From: Eledone cirrhosa
Taxonomy: Eukaryota
Reading direction: 5' to 3'
Length of the DNA stretch: 64,000 nt
NCBI GenBank assembly: GCA_964016885.1
Contig: OZ024748.1
Location: 42,160,001 to 42,224,000 of the forward strand
The position numbers and the translations under genes were made by a program. Below are positions 38,102 to 49,764 of the stretch, in pieces. Numbering within the stretch: the first letter of the stretch is position 1; every line of letters begins with the position of its first letter. Under the pieces are notes generated by a model. That model made no database searches. It was not told the origin of the DNA and saw nothing but the letters and a program-made list of their open reading frames with translations.

Positions 38102-39729
38102 TTAACCCTTTAGCATTTACATTACTCTATATATACTATTGTACTTTCACAGTAAAGGCTTTACCTCAAATAATATCTCACATAACATTTACATTACTCT
38201 ATATATACTATTGTATTTTCACAGTAAAGGCTTTACCTCAAATAATATTTCACATAACATTTACATTACTCTATATATACTATTGTATTTTCACAGTAAA
38301 GGCTTTACCTCACATAATATCTCGCATAACATTTACATTACTCTATATATACTATTGTATTTTCACAGTAAAGGCTTTACCTCAAATAATATCTCACATA
38401 ACATTTACATTACTCTATATATACTATTGTATTTTCACAGTAAAGGCTTTACCTCACATAATATCTCACATAACATTTACATTACTCTATATATACTATT
38501 GTATTTTCACAGTAAAGGCTTTACCTCAAATAATATTTCACATAACATTTACATTACTCTATATATACTATTGTATTTTCACAGTAAAGGCTTTACCTCA
38601 CATAATATCTCACATAACATTTACATTACTCTATATATACTATTGTATTTTCACAGTAAAGGCTTTACCTCACATAATATCTCACATAACATTTACATTA
38701 CTCTATATATACTATTATATTTTCACAGTAAAGGCTTTACCTCACATAATATCTCACATAACATTTACATTACTCTATATATACTATTGTATTTTCACAG
38801 TAAAGGCTTTACCTCACATAACATTTACATTACTCTATATATACTATTGTATTTTCACAGTAAAGGCTTTATCTCACATAATATCTCACATAACATTTAC
38901 ATTACTCTATATATACTATTGTATTTTCACAGTAAAGGCTTTACCTCAAATAATATCTCACATAACATTTACATTACTCTATATATACTATTGTATTGTC
39001 ACAGTAAAGGCTTTACCTCACACAATATCTCACATAACATTTACATTACTCTATATATACTATTGTATTTTGACAGTAAAGGCTTTACCTCACATAACAT
39101 TTACATTACTCTATATATACTATTGTATTTTCACAGTAAAGGCTTTACCTCACATAATATCTCACATAACATTTACATTACTCTATATATACTATTGTAT
39201 TTTCATAGTAAAGGCTTTACTTCACATAATACCTCACATAACATTTACACTATTCTATATATACTATTGTATTTTCACAATAAAGGCTTTACCTCACATA
39301 ATATCTCACATAACATTTACATTACTCTATATATACTATTGTATTTTCACAGTAAAGGCTTTACCTCACATAATATCTCACATATTATTTACATTACTTT
39401 ATATATACTATTGTATTTTCACAGTAAAGGCTTTACCTCACATAATATCTCACATATTATTTACATTACTCTATATATACTATTGTATTTTCACAGTAAA
39501 GGCTTTACCTCACATAATATCTCACATATTATTTACATTACTCTATATATACTATTGTATTTTCACAGTAAAGGCTTTACCTCACATAATATTGAAGCTA
39601 TGAGATTTTGATATTCATTTTGAGAACAATACCTTAACATCAGTATGAATGTCCAGTCACAACTAGTTTGAACAGAAAGAGGTGAGAGATTCTGACCAGA
39701 TACGGCCGGTTTAAATGCTAAACGGTTAA
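38102..39729. mobile_element. piggyBac-like MITE family A with an internally amplified 72-bp array
   Basis: TTAA|CCCTTTAGCATTTAC ... TTTAAATGCTAAACGG|TTAA. The interior matches 6054-6261 reversed. Confidence 0.9.
38114..39592. repeat. 72-bp tandem repeat (two 60-bp variants), ~21 copies
   Basis: Unit acatttacattactctatatatactattgtattttcacagtaaaggctttacctcacataatatctcacata. Confidence 0.97.
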
Positions 39730-39782
39730 GGTAAATAAATGTTAAAGCAATGAATTAAAAATAAAACTATTTAAAAACTTAC

Positions 39783-39803
39783 ATCTTCTGTCTCGGAAGA
39801 CAT
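39783..39803 (-). CDS. Candidate upstream coding exon (MSSETED), in frame with LAMTOR2 via an acceptor at 33571
   Basis: cgccATG TCT TCC GAG ACA GAA GAT|GTAAGT. The acceptor ttgcag|ACA GAC GGC GCA ATG keeps the frame. Confidence 0.5.
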
Positions 39804-40254
39804 GGCGATATTATTAGGAAGAAATTATCGCGTTACGAAATATACAGGTTTTAATTTGAAATGAATGTAGAGACCTTTGTATTATTTCACGATATAAATA
39901 GACTTCGCCCTTTTCAAACTTTGTATCTATTATCGATACCAATCTCTCTATTTACACCTGTTACTAATTGCTTTTTTTAAAATACATAAAACATTGTTTC
40001 AATGTACACTTGTTGATAAAATATCGTGAATTTATTTGTAAAGAAATTTAGTTGACAAATTAATATATTTCGGTGTACCGGAGTGGGATATAACGAAATA
40101 ACGAAAAAATACAAAACATTACTATTTAAATGGAACATAAATCTATCTAATTACTGAGTTGAAATTAATGTAATTAGGTGATTATGTGTCAATTAATTTA
40201 AGGTCGAGTTTAAATGTGAGAAAAACTTGTATTGTTAATACCAGCTCTGTATTA

Positions 40255-40510
40255 AGCTTCTTCTTCTTCTTCTTGAGACGTTCGCGAGGACAGAGTCCTC
40301 AAACACTCCTTCCAGCAGGTCCTGTCAGAAACAACCACTTCCAACTGATCCAGTTGGATCTCCAAGCGTGACCAACCAAGCTCATGGATGTTATCCAACC
40401 ATCTTGCTCGGAGTCTACCCCTGGGTCTCTTGATTGATTTTGCCCGTAAAATCTGTCCAGTGATTCTTTCCCGAGACACTCTAATCACATGTCCATAGTA
40501 TCAGAGCTGT
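40255..40510 (-). mobile_element. RTE-type LINE 3' fragment (second family)
   Basis: YYGHVIRV..RPRGRLRARWLDNI..DRTCW followed by a (GAA)n tail. Confidence 0.85.
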
Positions 40511-40539
40511 ATGTTCTATAGTTGGCCTGGTTTCTACGG

Positions 40540-40846
40540 ACTTTACTAAATGTACTGGGTGTAATTTATCGTAGCACTTTACAGAGTGTACTGGGTGTAT
40601 TTTATCGTGGAACCAGCCCTACCACTTTACAGAGTGTACTGGGTGCAATTTATCGTAGCACCAACACTATCTCTTTACAGAGTGTATTGGGTCTTATTTA
40701 ACGTAGCACCAGCATTACCACTTAACAAAGTGTATTGGGTGTATTTTATCGTGGAAACAGCCCTACCACTTTACAGAGTGTACTGGGTGTAATTTATCGT
40801 AGCACCAATACTATCACTTTACAGAGTGTACTGGGTGTATTTTAAC
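40540..40846. repeat. Degenerate ~48-bp tandem repeat related to the RTE/SINE 3' tail
   Basis: ctttacagagtgtactgggtgtattttatcgtagcacc recurs. A reverse-complement version is at 1937-2035. Confidence 0.85.
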
Positions 40847-41027
40847 GACAGTGCTAGATAAAACCAAACTAGGTATTTCATTATTATTTACCTTTCATCC
40901 TTACGAGGTCGATAAAATAAAGTACTAGTAATGTACTGAGGTCAATTTAATCGACTTTCCCCTCCCCCAAAATTGTTGGCCGTGTACCTAAAAGTAGAAA
41001 CCATTATTATTATTACTAGCAGACTAG

Positions 41028-41217
41028 GGCGGTGGATTGGCAGTATCGGTAGAGGGTCGGACGTCATGCTTTGACGCATAGAGTTACGGCCCTTTCCATT
41101 CTGAGTTCAAATCCCGCCGAGGTCAACTTTGCTTTTCATCCTTACGGGGTCGATAAAAAAGTACCAGTAATGTACTGAGTAATTGCTGGCCTTGTGCCAA
41201 AATTAGAAACAATTATT
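41028..41217 (+). mobile_element. SINE family A (preceded by a partial copy at 40890-41010)
   Basis: Box A, box B and the family body. Confidence 0.9.
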
Positions 41218-41769
41218 ACTAGCAGACTGTCCATTTTTAGATATTTCTTGTAGACACGAAGAATCGACTGAAATTCAAAGCCGAGACAGACATTCAAAGT
41301 GTCTGCAGACAGTTCACTCAAATATGATTATTTTAGAAGTGAAGTGAAATATAATTTGATACCTCTTCTTCAGTAGTGCCAAAGTACTGAAATTAATATG
41401 ATGAGCCATACCTGGCATCGTACCAAAATATAGCAAGGAATGGTGATGTTTCTTACAATATCAGAACTTATGTAAATGCAGATCAAAAGATTTCACTGGA
41501 TTCTAATATAAATTTTAAAAATAAAACCTGCTGGAAAAATCATAATTTCATTAACATTTTTTAGACCGTTCATCATTCATGTTTCTCTTGAGATAGATAG
41601 AATGTCTTTTAGTTAATTTTGAAAATAAAATAAAATAATCAAGAATTTGGAGACGGTTGCTTCTGACAGGACCCGTTAGAAGTGTTTAGGGACTCTGCCC
41701 ACCCACTCATACACACACACCACCACCACCACGACTCTCTTCAGAATAAGTGGGTGAAGAAGAAGAAGA

Positions 41770-42220
41770 ATTTGGAGTATGGCGAGACTAAGACACTGAA
41801 ACAACCAAGCACCCTCACGGGCATCATCTGACACCTCGGTAAGGCTGGGTGATGGTGAGGCTAAGGTGCTGAAACAACCCGGCACCCTCACGGTATCACC
41901 TGACACCTCGGTAAGGCGAGCCGCTAACGTAGACAAGAACTTTGCTGTCAGCGGCCCAGCTCCACCAAACATCTCGAACGTCACAGGCTGGAAAAAATAA
42001 TTATTTGATGGTTTCCGGTATTTTGGGATTTTATTCCGGCAACTGAAGCAGTCACTCTCACATTTACCGCTGAATCCATGATGTGGGAAGGAGCAAAAGA
42101 TCCACTGACTGTGGTGTCTCGAATGAGACATTTGTCTCTTACTCAGGGACAAAGGGTAAGACTGTCTGGTCCCTTCCCATCAATTCTGGATAATCCAGCC
42201 GGCTCCTCCAGAACTGAGGG
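41770..42220 (-). mobile_element. C-terminal fragment of a CRE-like (restriction-like endonuclease) non-LTR retrotransposon
   Basis: Reverse strand gives DGKGPDSLTLCP*..KCLIRDTT and YFFQPVTFEMFGGAG..FLSTLAARL..SDDAREGAWLFQCLSLAI, with an internal ~70 bp duplication. Confidence 0.75.
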
Positions 42221-43125
42221 GATATTTACCTGAGTTAGGACCCGCTTATTGGTCATCTATATACCAAGAGGGTTAAAAACCAACAACATCAAAACGGTGT
42301 CATAATGAAAGTGAAGATATTCTTATACAGATTTACCTCCCTTAGACCACGCTGTATTTCCGTGTTAGAAAATAGATGACTTTTAATATTTAATTCTTAA
42401 TACAATAATTTCAGTCTAAACATAAAACTGGAAATTATTGAGACATACACATATCAGGGGCGGTAGAAGCATTCCTGATTTTGTGGGTGGAGAGGCAAAT
42501 TTGGTCAATTTAGTATTAGTTTAGCTGTTATTATCAAATATCAAGTAATATAAAAAAAAAATTCGATACGTGATAAACATAACATGTACATGAATTGTAG
42601 CGTATATACAAATAGATGTGTTTTGGTAGTTTGGGGAGAAAAATATATTATTCCGGCAACATATCGATAATTTTTCTTGGTTGTCTCTGTTGATTTTCCT
42701 TAAAAACCAGAATTAGTCGTTTAGTTTACATATTGAGACCCCGAACCCATCCTATTTATTTTATATGGGACTTCTAGTAATGTACTTTTTTTGTCATGTG
42801 TAATGTTTTTTTAATGTCTAAATAAAATTAATTGTCGCAGGAATTCTACCACTTAAAATAAAATTTCTCCGGAGATAGATAAGGAAAATTTAATAAGCCC
42901 GAAGGTGTAGTAAGAACGGGGGGTGGCTTGGTGGAAAAAAACTGAAAAATTAATAAACGAGTGTCGGATTTACTCGAGACTCGAGAGTAAAGACATTTAC
43001 TGGTCGGAATAAGGATTCTGATCTAAATTCTGTTATTCTATTAAACGTATTCGCTAATAAACTAAAGCTCCGCCCATTTTCCTTGATTGACATATCAAGG
43101 AAGATTTTAACAAACAAGTCACAGC

Positions 43126-43324
43126 ATGGCTGAGAGACGGTGTGTCCCAGATGATGTTGTGGAATATTATCTTTTTCCATTTGTCCCCGACCATTTGGAC
43201 GACTTTAAAGCACTAGACTATTTAGAAGAACAAAAGGACATCTTTTTGGCTCATCTCAGTCCAGTATTAGTTGATTATATCTGGCAAAACGAGCCGTTTA
43301 AGCTAAAAGCTGCAGTCAGAGATG
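43126..43324 (+). CDS. ECD: ECD (ecdysoneless/SGT1-like) first coding exon
   Basis: MAERRCVPDDVVEYYLF...LVDYIWQNEPFKLK matches the ECD N-terminus (DTVEYCLF..YIWQNQPFNL). Donor G|GTAAGT, phase 1. Confidence 0.93.
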
Positions 43325-44165
43325 GTAAGTATATTATTATTATTAAACCGTATAACCTTAAACATTCCCCTCACTTTAATTTCTTTTACAAAAATAAATC
43401 AATACTAATATTATTATTGTTTTCTATTATATATTTAACAATAATCCAACTCTCATTCAGGTTTCAAGGTAAATGTCTTTATAATTTAATTGTTTAATTA
43501 AATTTCTCCGGGGAGTGCGAGATGTTTTCTTCTCTGTCTCTGTCGCTTATCATTTAACCCTTCTGGTTAATAAAAAAAGCATTATTATTGTTATAAAATT
43601 TATTTTATACAAAGAAAACCTCACACTGTATCGTCCAGTACCGTCTTTAATGTTTCCTTAATGTCAGCCCTGTGTGGCTAATAAAGAAATCATTATTATT
43701 ATTATATTACAAAGGTTTTTTTTTTAAAATATAACAATGGCCCTTTAAATGTAGAGAGGGGACAGACAAGATATTAATCAGACTAGGTCTGTTCAATAAT
43801 ATTATCAATATTATTATCCATAACATTCATTACCACGACTACTTAGCTATGACGATTTTTTTTAATGCATCATCTATTTTGACGCATTCTTTACTAATTC
43901 ATCTCATCTCACCCTTAAAATGTAGGAAACGGTTTCAAATCCAGGCTTTAAAATAATTCACTTCGTTTATTACTATATCTATATTCTATATGTATTATAT
44001 ATTATATATTAATTTATATTTTACATTATTCGCATCGAAATTATCGTCGAAGCGGTTTCGAATCGTCATTGAAAAGAAAGAAAAAAGATGTTTTTTTTTT
44101 TTTCATTTTTAAATCTATTTTCTTTCTCCCACTCTGCCAGTCTCTCTTTCCCTCTCTCTCTCCAA

Positions 44166-44207
<42 letters not shown>

Positions 44208-44248
44208 AATACTGTTGGCTTCTTGCTACAATACTTTCTATACCTTTC

Positions 44249-44294
<46 letters not shown>

Positions 44295-44856
44295 CCGTCG
44301 GGGTCATACATTTTCCTATATATTTATATATATATATAATACCGTATTCATATATTATTAGATCTATTGTGGTTTTTATAGCTGAATTAACGCAAGAATG
44401 TTGTCAGTTGAAAGTAAAACTACAAATATGTGACCTAATACGGCTTATAAAGCCTTATATACACATATATGTAAATACATGTCTATATGTTTGTTTGTGT
44501 GTGTGTATATATATATATATATATACATATATATCATGATTTTATATATATATACATTATATATATATTAATAGAAAATATCAGTTTTATTTCCGGTATC
44601 ACTATTATCAATCTATCTTTCTATCTCTATGCATTTTTTCTTCATACAATCCAACCCAACAACACATAAGAGCTGAGTAATATAGATGAGTAATATATAT
44701 GATGATGATATATATAATAAAATAAATATGGTTTTATAAAGATATTTTCCATTTATTAATATTATTGATATTAATGATACTCCTGAAAACCGTCGAGTGC
44801 TTCTAATCTGTTATAAATTAATTTTGTTGAATAATCAACAAACCAAATAACTCATT

Positions 44857-44931
<75 letters not shown>

Positions 44932-45311
44932 CTTGGGTTGCCACACTAGACTAAAAGCACTCAATATCAAAAGAGGGTGTAATTATTTAATACTGCCCCC
45001 TTTAATTCCCAACTACAAAATAACAACAGAAGTAATGTCAGAATTATAATAAATTTTAAACGTCGAAACCAGCATGCGACTTATCTGCTGGACCGCCTAC
45101 AAAACCTGTGAGTCATGTACTAAGCCAAGTAGGGTCTATGTAAAAAAAAAAAAAAGGTTTTTCTGCTGGAGTCACTTATACATTAGTATAAATGGTGTAT
45201 CTCTCTCTCTCTCTTTCTATCTCTTTCTCCCCCCCTCTCTCTCTCTCGAAAGTAGAAGTAGTATTTAATTTGTTGGAAATCCGACAAATATAAAGTAAAT
45301 ATTCAATGATA

Positions 45312-45592
45312 TTAAATAAAAGGAAACTATATTTATAAAACCATATTTATTTTATTATATATATTTCAAGGGTACCAAGACAACATTGGTACGCTTTCAT
45401 CTGGTAAAATACAAAGTTTGTTTTATAAATAGAGACGTACCCATGAAAATCATACCTTATCGGTTGGAATTTCCAATGAATTTCCAACCGATAAGGTATG
45501 ATTTTCATGAGTACCAATGTTGTTTTGGTACCCTTGAAATATATATAATAAAATAAATATGGTTTTATAAATATAGTTTCCATTTATTTAAT
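45312..45592. mobile_element. Fold-back element of the 4402 family, with a degenerate hammerhead (45348-45411, - strand)
   Basis: Inverted arms surround the palindrome aaaatcataccttatcggttggaa..ttccaaccgataaggtatgatttt. The minus-strand core reads CAGATGA..GAAA with stem II AAGCGTACCAA/TTGGTACCCTT. Confidence 0.75.
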
Positions 45593-45617
45593 ATCATTGT
45601 ATATATATTGTATATAT

Positions 45618-45882
45618 ATTGTTTCCTTGAGCAAGACACTTTATTTCACATTGCTCCAGTTTACTCAGCTGTAGAAATGAGATGATAGGGACTGAGACCC
45701 CTATCATCATTCCACTGCAAAGTGGTCGTGGAGGTGCCACGGCAAAAAAGCACCCAGCACTCACTGTAAATGAGGTTGGTGTTAGGAAGGGCATCCAGTT
45801 GTAGAAATCAAGCCAGAATCAGTTCCCGTCCCACCCTTGCAAGCAGGGAAAAAGCGGACGTTAAATGAAATGATGATGAAAT
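45618..45882 (+). mobile_element. 5'-truncated SINE family B
   Basis: CORE-like motif and RTE-like tail. Confidence 0.88.
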
Positions 45883-45899
45883 GATATATATATATATAT

Positions 45900-46015
45900 A
45901 TAGGAACCAGTAAGACCCCGACAGCTGAGCTCAAGCCGTTTCGACGGCTAATTCTGGACAGAATTAGCCGTCGAAACGGCTTGAGCTCAGCTGTCGGGGT
46001 CTTACTGGTTCCTAT
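45900..46015. repeat. Perfect ~55-bp-arm palindrome containing a hammerhead 3' half (Penelope-like terminus, extending to ~46092)
   Basis: ataggaaccagtaagaccccgacagctgagctcaagccgtttcgacggctaattctg-ga-cagaattagccgtcgaaacggcttgagctcagctgtcggggtcttactggttcctat. Confidence 0.9.
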
Positions 46016-46246
46016 TACCCACTCTACTACCTCAAGTATTGAGTACTTTGGTGCGTTATGGTCCACCTGGTTCCTTACCACATTTCCTTCGTTATATATA
46101 TATATATATATATAATGATTTTATAAATGAAACAGTTCTAGTCATGTAGAAGTTATTTATATATATAATAAAAATGCCTGTACTCTACCAATGTATTGAG
46201 TACCTTTTTCAACTGTGCCCCCCCCCCTCTCGACCCAACGTGGGAA

Positions 46247-46289
<43 letters not shown>

Positions 46290-46576
46290 ATACTTTGGGA
46301 GGGTCATGTTGCCAATATATATATGTGTGTGTGTATGTATGTTTATATAATAGATTGGCAGAATGATGGGAGGGTCTGACGGAGTGGTGTGTGTGTGGGG
46401 TCTTCTTACCGCTTGTGTTCCAATTCCACAGAGGTCAACTTTTGATCTCCCTATCGCCGATGAAATAATGTAATAAACGTATCATTCCACAGTGGAACGT
46501 AAACAAATGTAACTATATAGTGTGGGATGGGAAGACACACTCACACATACATATATGCACTCACACATATATACAC

Positions 46577-46806
46577 ACACAGTCCACGCTGTAAATGTGG
46601 CCGTGTAGGCAACACGGTAAAAACCTCCCAGCCCCACACTGTAAATGTGGTTGGTGTTAGGAAGGGCATCCAACTGTAGAAAACCCGCCAGACAGTCCTA
46701 TGCGAGCAAGACAACCACTCTTGCCTCAAGTGGGAAAACCCCCGTCCAAACCCATGCAAGCGTGGAACACGGACGCTAAACCTGATGATGATGATGATGA
46801 TGATGA
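46577..46806 (+). mobile_element. RTE LINE 3' UTR-only copy
   Basis: Nearly identical to the reverse of 58388-58615, with a (GAT)n tail. Confidence 0.9.
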
Positions 46807-47049
46807 TATATATATACACACACACATATATATACACATACACACATTTGTATGTCTTACTATGTAGGTCAGGAGAAAAGGGCAGTTCCCATGACTTTTA
46901 CAGGTCCCTCTAAAACTGGAGATATTGATGTCTGGAAGAAGGGACACAGCCCATAGCTTTCACAGGTCCTCTGAGACTAGAGGTATTGATGTCTGGAAGA
47001 AGGGACATTGCCCATAGCCATCATAGTCCCTCTAAGATAGGAGATATTG

Positions 47050-47255
47050 ACAGATTTTACAGGCAAAAAACAACCAGCAGGATACCCAGAGGTAGACGAC
47101 GAGCAAGATGGTTAGATAACATCCATGAGCTTGGTTGGTCACGCTTGGGATCTAGTTGGAGACAGTTGGAGACAGTTGCTTCTGACAGGACCTGCTAGAG
47201 CGGCGTTTGAGGACTCTGACCCTACGACCCTCTCAGAAATAAGCAGGCAAAGAAG
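47050..47255 (+). mobile_element. RTE-type LINE 3' fragment (second family)
   Basis: PRGRRRARWLDNIHELGWSRL. Confidence 0.82.
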
Positions 47256-47647
47256 TTTGATGTTAAAAGGACGTTAAAAGTTAAATAATTTTACCCTAAA
47301 AAATGAGGTGAAAATATACTTTTGAAAAGTTTTATTGTGGAGGAAATTGCGAGGCTAAAAATAGATGAAAAAAGAAAAAAGTGATATTTGTAAAATAAAA
47401 AAAAGTTCTAACTTGTCTTTTTTTTTTACAAATTTATTGAAATATAAAAATGTGAGCTGTTTGTTGATTAGGTTTCTATGGATGTTATCTTTATAATACA
47501 ACTGTAACAGTTATGTAGTTATCAGAACACACCTTAAATGATTCATATTACATTTGTTATATCTTAAGACTTGTAAATCTCACCAGTACACACTCTTCCA
47601 CCTACGCCTACCTCTCACCGGGGTGGGGGAACTGTGTCACCATTCTA

Positions 47648-48975
47648 ATGTAGAGGTCATTCCAGTAAGATATTAAACAGATCAACTGACTACAGTAGAG
47701 GTGACTACAGTAAGATATTAAGCAGATCAACTGACTACAGTAAGATATTAAACAGATCAACTGACTACAGTAGAGGTGACTACAGTAAGATATTAAGCAG
47801 ATCAACTGACTACAGTAAGATATTAAACAGATCAACTGACTACAGTAGAGGTCAATACAGTAAGATATTAAGCAGATCAACTGACTACAGTAAGATATTA
47901 AACAGATCAACTGACTACAGTAGAGGTGACTACAGTAAGATATTAAGCAGATCAACTGACTACAGTAAGATATTAAACAGATCAACTGACTACAGTAGAG
48001 GTCAATAGAGTAAGATATTAAGCAGATCAACTGACTACAGTAAGATATTAAACAGATCAACTGACTACAGTAAGATATTAAAGAGATCAACTGACTCCAG
48101 AAAGATATTAAACAGATCAACTGACTACAGTAGAGGTGACTACAGTAAGATATTAAGCAGATCAACTGACTACAGTAAGATATTAAACAGATCAACTGAC
48201 TACAGTAGAGGTCAATACAGTAAGATATTAAGCAGATCAACTGACTACAGTAAGATATTAAACAGATCAACTGACTACAGTAGAGGTGACTACAGTAAGA
48301 TATTAAGCAGATCAACTGACTACAGTAAGATATTAAACAGATCAACTGACTACAGTAGAGGTGACTACAGTAAGATATTAAGCAGATCAACTGACTACAG
48401 TAAGATATTAAACGGATCAACTGACTACAGTAGAGGTGACTACAGTAAGATATTAAGCAGATCAACTGACTACAGTAAGATATTAAACAGATCAACTGAC
48501 TACAGTAGAGGTCAATACAGTAAGATATTAAACAGATCAACTGACTACAGTAGAGGTCAATACAGTAAGATATTAAACAGATCAACTGACTACAGTAGAG
48601 GTCAATACAGTAAGATATTAAACAGATCAACTGACTACAGTAGAGGTGACTACAGTAAGATATTAAGCAGATCAACTGACTACAGTAAGATATTAAACAG
48701 ATCAACTGACTACAGTAGAGGTCAATACAGTAAGATATTAAGCAGATCAACTGACTACAGTAAGATATTAAACAGATCAACTGACTACAGTAGAGGTCAA
48801 TACAGTAAGATATTAAGCAGATCAACTGACTACAGTAAGATATTAAACAGATCAATTGACTACAGTAGAGGTCAATACAGTAAGATATTAAACAGATCAA
48901 CTGACTCCAGTAAGATATTAAACAGAGATCAACTGACTACAGTAAGATATTAAACAGATCAACTAACTCCAGCAG
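47648..48975. repeat. Minisatellite of 30-bp and 15-bp monomers with 75-bp higher-order structure
   Basis: cagtaagatattaa(a/g)cagatcaactgacta plus cagtagaggt(gac/caa)ta. Confidence 0.97.
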
Positions 48976-49200
48976 ACATCACTACAGCAGGACATTAAAG
49001 AATGTTGTTATTTATAATAGTTATTCACTCAATAAATAATTGATATAACATGACACAACTACGTCTACTACAGACAGTTTTCAACTAAATCGTTTTTAAA
49101 ACATTTAAAACACACTATAGGCTATCATCTGAAATTCTTATCCTAACTTAATTACACACAAACACACACACATATAGCCTATCACTATTATATATACATA

Positions 49201-49279
<79 letters not shown>

Positions 49280-49637
49280 CACAATAACATATAAGTACAC
49301 CCTTTCAATTTTTTCCTGCTGAATTAAATGTTGAAAGGGTGAAATTTATTTGACATTTTCCTGTGTGTGTGTGTGCACACATGTATGTGTGTATATGTAT
49401 ATATGCATGTATATATATATAGGTGTATATATGCATACATGTGTGTGTGTATGCATGCATGCATAAGTGTATGTATACATACATGTATGTGTGTATATGC
49501 ATGTATGTATGTGTGTATGCATACGTGTGTATCTGTATGTATGTATATCTATATATGCATGCACGTGTATGTGTGTGTGTATGCATGCATGTGTATTTAT
49601 ACATACATGTATGTGTGTATGCATATATGTATATATA

Positions 49638-49689
<52 letters not shown>

Positions 49690-49764
49690 GTCAATCCAAA
49701 GCAATAAGTGGTAATGTGTGATAACTAAAACATGTGGAGTACACCTATCACTTCCTCCTCTTCT

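Noticed and set aside
38038-39611. 521-aa and 490-aa repetitive hydrophobic ORFs
   Set aside because: They arise from a 72/60-bp array (multiples of 3) inside a MITE, with no splice or protein-family evidence.
43325-43497. C-terminal extension of the 43126 ORF
   Set aside because: It is read-through past a consensus GTAAGT donor into AT-rich intron.
47608-48900. 430-aa Cys-rich ORF
   Set aside because: It is the product of the 30/15-bp minisatellite, antisense within an ECD intron.
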